From positions 9,242 to 73,241 of the forward strand of contig JACQJD010000046.1 of assembly GCA_016198185.1 (NCBI GenBank): a DNA stretch of 64,000 bases, given 5' to 3'. The notes under the pieces are model-generated. The model was not told the origin of the DNA. It made no database searches and saw only the letters and a list, made by a program, of their open reading frames with translations. The translations under genes were made by a program, and so were the position numbers. This document shows, one piece after another, positions 56,682 to 64,000 of the stretch (positions are counted from its first letter, which is position 1; each line of letters opens with the position of its first letter). This stretch comes from Deltaproteobacteria bacterium (GTDB lineage: Bacteria > Bdellovibrionota > JACOXK01 > 2-02-FULL-40-11).

Positions 56682-57986
56682 TTATTTTGAAGGTTTGACT
56701 TCGGTAACCTTTGCGGCAGAGATTAAAAAATCCATGGTCTTTTTTTGCCGAACCTGCCACCTGATTTGAGACAATAGCCCCGCTTTTCGATAGTGATCGT
56801 GAATTTGTCCAAAAGTCATGCCTGATCGATCGGCAATGTTTTTTAAATGCTGGTCAATCTCCTCTGGCGTCACCCCGATTTTTTCTTGATCTGAAATCAC
56901 CTCTAGCAACAAAATAAATTGAACATCAAAAATCGCTCTTTTTTTAAGGTCTTCTTTCATTTTTTCAAGATTTTCTTTGATGAGGGCCTGAGGCATTCTG
57001 AAAGACTCCAACCGTCGCTCAGCATCATCCATTAAATACGCCTGCTGCCTTTCAACCATGGTGGGCGGCGGCGTCAAAGGATTGCCTTTTACCAATGCCT
57101 CTGCAAGCTGCACTTCTAGTTTCTGTTCTGAGCGTTCATCGTTGTGTCTCTGGAGCTCTTCTTTTAATTTTTTTTCTAAATCAGCCAGCCCCGTGCAGCC
57201 ATCCCATGTTTTGGCAAGCGCATCGGTAAGCTCAGGGATTTGTTTTTCCTTAATTTCGCAAAGCGTGATTTGAAAAATAGCCAATTTGCCCGCTACGTTT
57301 TTTTCAGAAAAATCTTTTGGAAAGGTTACTTGAATTTCTTTTTGTTCACCTTGCGTCATGCCCAAAAGGCCCTGCTCGAAATCCGCCACCAAACGACCAG
57401 AGCCAAGCTCGTAGAGAAAATTTTTAGCCTCGCCCCCTGCAAATTTTTTACCCTCGAGCGTTCCCACAAAATCAATCACCACAAAATCTTTTTTTTGGGT
57501 CACACGCTTTTGTTCCACCTTCTTTAATTCTGCCTTGCGTTCTTGAAGATCTTTTAACGCTGCTTCAACCTCTTTTTTCGTTACGTCGACCTTTTCTTTT
57601 TGAACCTCCAACCCTTTATATTTTTTAAGGTCAATCTTGGGTTTTACTTCAATCGTCACGGTATAGGAGAAGGACTTACCTTCTTCAAAGGGCTGGGCTT
57701 CAATTTTGGGAGACGCCACTGGAAAAAGAGAATGATCCGTCAAGGCTTGCGTATAAGAACTTTCAATGAGGTGCGAAACAATCTTTCGTTGCACATCGGC
57801 TGAAAATCGAGTGCGAACCAACTGCAACGGTGCCTTTCCAGCCCGAAATCCGGGCAATTTTACATCACGTGCCAGCTCTGCATAATACGTTTGAATTTGA
57901 TGTTGAATTTCATCTGGCGGAATTTCAACCGAGAGCTTCTTTTCGACATCTGAAAGGTCTTCAACTTTTACTTTGGCCGCTGACAT
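56682..57986 (-). CDS. tig: Trigger factor
   Basis: N-terminal ribosome-binding 'GFRAGKAP' motif, central FKBP-like PPIase region and C-terminal domain; position upstream of clpP-clpX-lon. Confidence 0.85.
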   Translation of the reverse strand: MSAAKVKVEDLSDVEKKLSVEIPPDEIQHQIQTYYAELARDVKLPGFRAGKAPLQLVRTRFSADVQRKIVSHLIESSYTQALTDHSLFPVASPKIEAQPFEEGKSFSYTVTIEVKPKIDLKKYKGLEVQKEKVDVTKKEVEAALKDLQERKAELKKVEQKRVTQKKDFVVIDFVGTLEGKKFAGGEAKNFLYELGSGRLVADFEQGLLGMTQGEQKEIQVTFPKDFSEKNVAGKLAIFQITLCEIKEKQIPELTDALAKTWDGCTGLADLEKKLKEELQRHNDERSEQKLEVQLAEALVKGNPLTPPPTMVERQQAYLMDDAERRLESFRMPQALIKENLEKMKEDLKKRAIFDVQFILLLEVISDQEKIGVTPEEIDQHLKNIADRSGMTFGQIHDHYRKAGLLSQIRWQVRQKKTMDFLISAAKVTEVKPSK

Positions 57987-58083
57987 AAGGCGGGACCTTA
58001 TCAATTATAAGGTCAGAAAGCAACTTCTGGTGGCGCATATCTAGAACAAGATGGTCGAGTTCTAAGGCCTGTTGAAAAAGGCC

Positions 58084-59742
58084 TTAAGGAAGGGTAAAGA
58101 CGCCGAGTTCTTTGGCAGTATTCAAATAAAAAACCTTGAGCTTGCCGCGTTCACGAAAAATTTGAACTTTTTGAAAAGGGCCACTGATCCCAGGCAATGT
58201 CGTTGGCGATGAGGTGATCCCCCCTGAAGCAAAGAAGGAGAGCAAGGAACTGGCAGTCTCGGCAATGACCGTAGCCCCGCCACAAGGCAAAGCATAGGCC
58301 GTCCAATCTTGGAGACCAGACATCGTCCACGTACGGGTGGCAGACCACAGACCCCCACCATCCCTTGAAATGCGCAAATGAAATTGATCCCCACTCCCTT
58401 TCCATAGAACAGCGATGGAACCATCTTCTTCACTGGAAATAATTTTGGGTGAGAAAGCCCCATTGGCACTCATGCTCAATTTGGTCATCGTGGGAACCCA
58501 AACGCCTTGCTGTTTGCGCATGAAAAAAAGCTCGCTTTGATTCGAAATAAAAACAACCCGGGCCGATCCAAAATGTGTATCAAGATCAAAAGCCTGTGGC
58601 GAAGCAAGCTCGACACCTCCCACTTCCTCTGCCACAGCCCCCTTGGCGGGATCGATGGAAACCACTTTTAAACGCAAGCGCTGCTCACCCACATCTGGCT
58701 GATTGGAATTGGGATAAGCCATCGTGGCACCGAGAGCAATATAAGCAACGCCACTGGCATCTTGCCCAGATTTTACAATTTTATGGGCTGGAATACTTTG
58801 AAAAATAGGCACTTCTATAAATTTTGACGTTTGTGGATCTGTAATAAACCCCTCTGTAATTCCAGAAGAAAGGTTGTGTTTAAAGGCGTATAAACTGAGG
58901 GTGTCTTTTTTCGTGCCATCGGTTTTAAAATTTTCGGATAACGCTACGACAATGGGAATACCATCTGACAATTGAAATCCATAAATTTTGCGTATCGCAA
59001 GCTTCCGGCTGGAATCAAAAAATGAAACACGACTTCCTTGGGCATTAAAGACACCATAACTGAGCCGATCTTCATTTTGAGCTTGCGTTCTGCCATATCC
59101 AATTAAGAATCCTTGTCCTTGCCGATCTGAAAAAAGACGTGCTTGCGCAATCGAAGCAGAGGCAGATTCAATATGAAAAGAAGGCTGATACAGTGTATTG
59201 AGCGTGGCGCCTTCCAATAAATGAAATTGAGAACCGGTGGTAAGCCCATAGACTGTTTTTTGATCCGCCAAGAAGAGTTGGTCCACAGAAAAATCTTCCA
59301 CGTTCGTTCGAATCACCCTCTTTGAAAAGGGCTGCGTCCGCACCGTCAAACGTGCATAGGCTTCCATCTGCCCTCGGTGAATGGAAAATGCTTTGAGTTT
59401 GATCAGGGTAGATCCTGCGCCTAAGGCTTGAACACAACCGTTGGGCTCTAAAGAAACCACCGGGTTTTGAGCATTTTCATCAACCACGCTGAATTCGACA
59501 TCTTTTAAAAATTCACTTTTGGAGGCTTCTCCCAAAAAGTGTTCCCCAGTCGAAGAACTCACAAAAACACCACCATATAACCGATGGGTCATGCCAACTT
59601 GGAGATCCAATTCATCAATCACATCTCCTTCAAAGGCTTGAATGGCAATGGAAGAAGGCTTGACCCCTTCGTAATTCATACTGCAGGCAGAAAAAAGGGC
59701 CACCCCAACCATAAAGAAATTTAGTCTCTGAATCACTTTCAT
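58084..59742 (-). CDS. Hypothetical lipoprotein
   Basis: Lipobox ...GVALFSAC. At 552 aa it is probably beta-rich. Confidence 0.4.
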   Translation of the reverse strand: MKVIQRLNFFMVGVALFSACSMNYEGVKPSSIAIQAFEGDVIDELDLQVGMTHRLYGGVFVSSSTGEHFLGEASKSEFLKDVEFSVVDENAQNPVVSLEPNGCVQALGAGSTLIKLKAFSIHRGQMEAYARLTVRTQPFSKRVIRTNVEDFSVDQLFLADQKTVYGLTTGSQFHLLEGATLNTLYQPSFHIESASASIAQARLFSDRQGQGFLIGYGRTQAQNEDRLSYGVFNAQGSRVSFFDSSRKLAIRKIYGFQLSDGIPIVVALSENFKTDGTKKDTLSLYAFKHNLSSGITEGFITDPQTSKFIEVPIFQSIPAHKIVKSGQDASGVAYIALGATMAYPNSNQPDVGEQRLRLKVVSIDPAKGAVAEEVGGVELASPQAFDLDTHFGSARVVFISNQSELFFMRKQQGVWVPTMTKLSMSANGAFSPKIISSEEDGSIAVLWKGSGDQFHLRISRDGGGLWSATRTWTMSGLQDWTAYALPCGGATVIAETASSLLSFFASGGITSSPTTLPGISGPFQKVQIFRERGKLKVFYLNTAKELGVFTLP

Positions 59743-60017
59743 GGATAATCTTTTTTAGGATCGTTACTCTGTTACGTTCTTTTTTTAGATCCTTATTTCA
59801 TTATAACCGCCGACGGAAAAAGGTCAATTTTTAATTTTAAAAATTCATACTTCTTTGGGCAATACAAACCCAAAATGGCCCCCAGTGACACAAAACGTCA
59901 CTTCTCAAAACGCTGGCGAACGAGCGTTCCCAACCCATTGAAGTAACTCATTTTCTATAGTATACAATTTGGCATTCTTTTTGCTCCTCTTTCTGTAGGG
60001 AGGGTGTCGAATAAGTC

Positions 60018-60083
60018 ATCCCGAGAGCCGAAGGCTCGAGGGATCTCATCGTAGATTCCTCGCACGTTGTGCTCGGAATGACA
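60018..60083. repeat. Pair of oppositely oriented CCGAG..CGAGG mini-palindrome variants upstream of the giant ORF
   Basis: gtcatcccgagagccgaaggctcgagggatc, then gattcctcgcacgttgtgctcggaatgac (reverse complement of the gtcattccgagc...gaggaatc consensus). Confidence 0.55.
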
Positions 60084-60113
60084 GTTTTTCGACAGCCTCT
60101 CTGTAAGGAACAC

Positions 60114-63100
60114 ATGAACGACCGCCTCGCTAAACGTTTGTTTTATTGGGTGCCAAAAATTGTCACTCAGGTTATCGGTTTGAGTCTCCTGCCAATAGCT
60201 CTGGGGCTCGAACTTCAATGCCGCCTCAGAGCTATTGGCAGGGGACTCACGTTGCTTCCCTTTGACCTTGCTACAGTTTGTATCTTAGGGATGACTGCTG
60301 TATCCGCTTTTGCAGAGCCTCTCGTGTGCTCCGTAGAAAATCGCTATTCGCCAATGAGCTTCCAAGAGTTTGTTCTGCAAGGAACGCCTTCATTTCCGCT
60401 CTTTTCCAATCAAGAGCTCAAAGAATATTATTCACCTCAAGAGCTCTCTGACTTTGAAAAGGTCCTTTCAGCCGTTTATCTTTTTCCACAAGATTTAGAT
60501 ATTGATCATCTTTTTTTAGAAAATTTAGCGGTAGAAGATATTTCTTCTTTGGCCCAAGAATTTTTTGACGCGGAAGGTCTTTCTTCAGCGAAAGAATCAA
60601 GTGAATTTAAAGAAGCCCTTTTGGGATGGCAAGCATTTGGCGTTGATCCCATTCTACTCATCAATACCTGGCAGGTTACAAAACTAGAACTCGCAGATGC
60701 TGAATTTATTTCTTGGCTTCATGAAACAGATTCTTTTTCGGATGAAGATTTAAAAGCTTCGCCTTCTACACTTTCCAAAGAACGAAAATATCATTTGATT
60801 AAAGAATATAAAATTGAACCTTTGATTTTAGAAATTCTTACCCAACGAATGATTTTAGCCATGATGGCAGTCTGGCAAGAAGAAGGGAAAGTGGATTTAA
60901 CCGAGTCTAATCTTTTGCATGAAAAATTACTTTCTTATCAAAAAATGCAACCTCCACTGGTTGACTTAGAAGATGTCCAAAAACAAAAAGAAAAGATTTT
61001 AAAGGAAGTAAAAGCCCAAAAGAAAGCGCTTTTAGCTTTCATCCCAAAAATGGAAGAAAATGCTTTGGTAGAATTCTTTAAAAGTTTCCCACGAATGATG
61101 GAACGAGCGCTTAATCTCTCCCTTGCCAATATTGCTTACTGGGATGGAAAGCTCTGGGGAGCGGCTTTTGGCAAGAACTGGGATTGGTCAGATGTAGGCG
61201 CAGATATTATTAATTTTAACAGAGAGATGATGAATAATTATGGAGGTGGTTCTTATTTGGGAAGCGATTTAGAATTTGCAAACGTAGCACGAGAAAAGAA
61301 ATTCTTTGGATTGAATCTAGAAAAAACATTTGGGCAAGAGGTTGAGAAATTCTATGCAGAGCATGTCAATTTGGAACTTGCCGCAGAATCTTTTAATGTT
61401 TTTGAACCTGTCGGAAGAGCTTTGGCCCCCATAGCCCAACCTATCCTCAATTATCTTTATGAAAAGAAAAAAGATTATGACCTTTGGGTCACTGGTTTAA
61501 CAGAAAAACAATATGAACGGGCTCTTCAAGAAGATAGGTACTTGCAACTGGGACAATTGGGATTGGATGCAGCCCTTACTTCGCTTGAGCTACTTGCCTT
61601 TCGAGGAACGAGAATTTCTTCCCAAAGACTGGCCAGACTCTCAAAACTAAAGAGAGCCACCCCTTCTAGAATACGATTTGTAAAAAGACAAAGGACGTGG
61701 AGGGCATTTCAACCGCTCATCGTTGCAGGAGTTTTGGGAGGGGCTTCGTCGCTGGGGGCAGAACTCTATCAAGTCGGAGAAAACAAGAAATCATTTAGTT
61801 TCTTTAGACTGCTGCATCAAACAAATCTTTCAACAGAAGGCAGTCTTATATTTATGAAGATGACCCAAGCCCTCAGTAATCTTGTAGCAAGACAAGGGGG
61901 ATTTACACCGAAAGCTGTAGAACACGCCAAAGTACTTTCAAAGAGTCTCGATTTCACAGAAGGTTCACTCGATATTCCAGGAACGATTGCGATGATAAAG
62001 AAAGCCCGAAGTAATCTGGGACTGCTTGGAAGCTCACTTATTTTGGGAGCCAATATTTTTGATACGACAGATGTTTCGGTGTCTGGGGTGCTTCATTCTT
62101 TGAAAGCCCTGATACCAGGCAAATCAAAAGCTATTCCGAGTGAACACGTCATTCCGAATGAACTTGTCATTCCGAGCGAACACGTCATTCCGAATGAACA
62201 CGTCATTCCGAGCGAAGCGAGGAATCCCATCGATTCAGCTGATTACAACGCCACCCTTGCAAAAGCCCGTCTTGTCTTGGGACAAGACATCCCAGATCGG
62301 CTTGCAGAGCTCATTTACGCCTCCCACCGCGTTGGGTACGCAGAACCAGGAAAAGATGGATCTCCTGCGTGCATCGGAAATTACACCGATCTTCAACTCA
62401 TTGAAAAAACAAAAATCCTCACCCTCGCCGTGGAAGAAGGCTGGATCACCTACCCACAACTTAAAAAACTCATCCAAGAAGGAGTGGTGGGATCTCAAAT
62501 TGCTCCCATCATCCGACCTGGCGAAATGCGAATTCCACCCGAAATCAAAAAGGCTATTGAAGAAGGAGAAGGCAAGCGCGATTTCATAGCCTACGTGACC
62601 CAAATCTGGGGAAAAAAGTTTAAAGCGGCTGTCACCGCCAAAGCACTTTCTGATGCGCATCAAATTCTAAACACCTACGAAACCATGGTAAAAGAGCCTG
62701 CGATCCTCAAAGACAAAAAAGCAGAAGCTGCGCTCATTGAAAAAGTTGTAGCCTTGGGAAAACGACGAGCACCTATTTTAGATCAGACCTTCGTTCCTCA
62801 AATCGAAAGATTATATCGAGAATCTTCTATCGACGACCGATTCCAACCCCACCATCAATGGCGAATGATTGACCTCTTACGACAAATGGACACTGCCGAA
62901 GCCGCGACATCACTCGTCACCCTGCTTTCAGAAGAAAGAGATGACGACATGGTCCAACCTTTCAAACGTGGCCTGCTTCGAATGAAATCCGCCAAAGCTG
63001 TGATTCAAACCAAAGCTGTAACATCTTCGGCGTCACAACCTGTCAAAGACTTAGCGGAATTGTACCGAAAGGCCGAAGAAAGTCCGTCTGGTCTCCTCAC

Positions 63101-64000
63101 GCAACTACAAGAAGCATTGAAACAGCAGAAGCACTCCCAAGATAGTTTTGATACCCATGAGGGTTGGATACTTGTCCTGAGATGGTCTTCTGATCCCAAC
63201 TTGGTCATCACAGCTTTCTTGGGTCACCTTCCCACGGCAGACCGGTCTTCTATGAACAGAAGACACGTTAGACCGCTGCTGATGGTTTTAGAATCATTTG
63301 GAAAAGAGTCTGCGCACTTTAGAACCCTTGCCCCTGCACTGATGGAAGTACTCAGAAAGGTAGTAAGAAACAATCGCCCATGGAAAAAAGATCTTGCCTT
63401 TATCCTTGTTGAAATCAAAGCCTTGCCACGGATCCCAGACTACATCACGCGCATTTGTCTTTTGATTCCCGAAGCAGATCAGGCACAAGCCTGGGTGGAA
63501 ATCAACAAAAGACGCTTGGGATTAAAACCAGGCTGGACAATACTCAATTGGCATGAACACTTAAACTACCACTCACAAGCAACCCATATATTAGGCGATT
63601 ATTTTGAACTTCTCGATGCCAATTTACGAAGTCTTTTCGACCAGCCCAAAAAGAGACAATCAAAAGAAAAAAAGGAACCCTTTTTTGAGACAGATCTTTT
63701 GGATAATGTTTTTCATCAGGAAGATACCGTCATGCCCCCAGAAACCCTTGTCCTAATAGGAGATAGACAAATTCCAGTGCTCTATGAACAAGATGCGATG
63801 GATGAAGTCGGGTTTGATCCTCACGAATACGACCCCCTTTGGATGGCAGAGTTGTTTGATGATGATGTTATCGTTCGACAACGTGCTGCCCTGAGGTTGC
63901 ACGGCTATATCATCCGCTGGCGAATACGTTATGTGCTTTCTAAAGAAGCAGAGGGTCAAGAAGAGCAATTTGAAAGCGCCAGAGCACTTTTACAATTTAC
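60114..64000 (+). CDS. Very large protein (at least 1295 aa, runs off the window end) with an internal HVIPSE pentapeptide repeat; function unknown
   Basis: ATG at 60114 has an aaggaa RBS 7 nt upstream. Read by eye, the frame has no stop to position 64000. It is absent from the ORF track, presumably because no stop lies in the window. Only short ORFs exist in the other five frames across these 3.9 kb. Confidence 0.65.
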   Translation, partial: MNDRLAKRLFYWVPKIVTQVIGLSLLPIALGLELQCRLRAIGRGLTLLPFDLATVCILGMTAVSAFAEPLVCSVENRYSPMSFQEFVLQGTPSFPLFSNQELKEYYSPQELSDFEKVLSAVYLFPQDLDIDHLFLENLAVEDISSLAQEFFDAEGLSSAKESSEFKEALLGWQAFGVDPILLINTWQVTKLELADAEFISWLHETDSFSDEDLKASPSTLSKERKYHLIKEYKIEPLILEILTQRMILAMMAVWQEEGKVDLTESNLLHEKLLSYQKMQPPLVDLEDVQKQKEKILKEVKAQKKALLAFIPKMEENALVEFFKSFPRMMERALNLSLANIAYWDGKLWGAAFGKNWDWSDVGADIINFNREMMNNYGGGSYLGSDLEFANVAREKKFFGLNLEKTFGQEVEKFYAEHVNLELAAESFNVFEPVGRALAPIAQPILNYLYEKKKDYDLWVTGLTEKQYERALQEDRYLQLGQLGLDAALTSLELLAFRGTRISSQRLARLSKLKRATPSRIRFVKRQRTWRAFQPLIVAGVLGGASSLGAELYQVGENKKSFSFFRLLHQTNLSTEGSLIFMKMTQALSNLVARQGGFTPKAVEHAKVLSKSLDFTEGSLDIPGTIAMIKKARSNLGLLGSSLILGANIFDTTDVSVSGVLHSLKALIPGKSKAIPSEHVIPNELVIPSEHVIPNEHVIPSEARNPIDSADYNATLAKARLVLGQDIPDRLAELIYASHRVGYAEPGKDGSPACIGNYTDLQLIEKTKILTLAVEEGWITYPQLKKLIQEGVVGSQIAPIIRPGEMRIPPEIKKAIEEGEGKRDFIAYVTQIWGKKFKAAVTAKALSDAHQILNTYETMVKEPAILKDKKAEAALIEKVVALGKRRAPILDQTFVPQIERLYRESSIDDRFQPHHQWRMIDLLRQMDTAEAATSLVTLLSEERDDDMVQPFKRGLLRMKSAKAVIQTKAVTSSASQPVKDLAELYRKAEESPSGLLTQLQEALKQQKHSQDSFDTHEGWILVLRWSSDPNLVITAFLGHLPTADRSSMNRRHVRPLLMVLESFGKESAHFRTLAPALMEVLRKVVRNNRPWKKDLAFILVEIKALPRIPDYITRICLLIPEADQAQAWVEINKRRLGLKPGWTILNWHEHLNYHSQATHILGDYFELLDANLRSLFDQPKKRQSKEKKEPFFETDLLDNVFHQEDTVMPPETLVLIGDRQIPVLYEQDAMDEVGFDPHEYDPLWMAELFDDDVIVRQRAALRLHGYIIRWRIRYVLSKEAEGQEEQFESARALLQF

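Noticed and set aside
62140-62589. ORF 'MNTSFRMNLSFRANTSFRMN...' (149 aa) on the plus strand
   Set aside because: It is an alternative frame of the giant ORF. Its repetitive N-terminus is just the 15-bp DNA repeat read out of frame.

Overview
This 64 kb window is a low-GC bacterial chromosome segment, probably from a Gammaproteobacteria-like, host-associated organism with many secreted proteins and lipoproteins. Conserved housekeeping genes sit at both ends: pepP, truA, a DEAD-box helicase and an RRM protein on the left; ECF sigma/anti-sigma/lepB, tRNA-Asp, inositol-phosphate synthase, tRNA-Val, panD and a co-oriented lon-clpX-clpP-tig cluster on the right. Between about 9.8 and 36.8 kb lies a mosaic accessory island. 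It contains two AbiEi/AbiEii pairs, a HEPN/MNT pair, a BrnA-like antitoxin and two copies of a recombinase-remnant/PIN/small-partner module. It also holds a duplicated and circularly permuted ATP-grasp/MFS module, a 1158-aa lipoprotein with a pore-former-like hydrophobic hairpin, single-stop pseudogenes (an SLT lytic transglycosylase and a DUF4143 AAA ATPase) and decayed gene fragments. The island is punctuated by six same-orientation copies of an about 90 bp hairpin element with a constant core and chimeric arm types, one of them next to a truncated serine-recombinase gene. I read these as recombination-site-like cassette boundaries. A second repeat family (CCGAG...CGAGG mini-palindromes) flanks a small gene as inverted arrays and is also inserted in frame as a 15-bp tandem array, encoding HVIPSE-type pentapeptide repeats, in a giant ORF. 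That ORF runs from 60114 past the window end (at least 1295 codons) and is missing from the supplied ORF track. There is also a roughly 300 bp nested palindrome at 4867..5165, a 38 bp perfect inverted repeat at 50283..50372, partial tRNA 5' duplications at both tRNA loci and two GC-rich patches. All calls rest on motif-level reading of the translations and repeats; no database search was possible.
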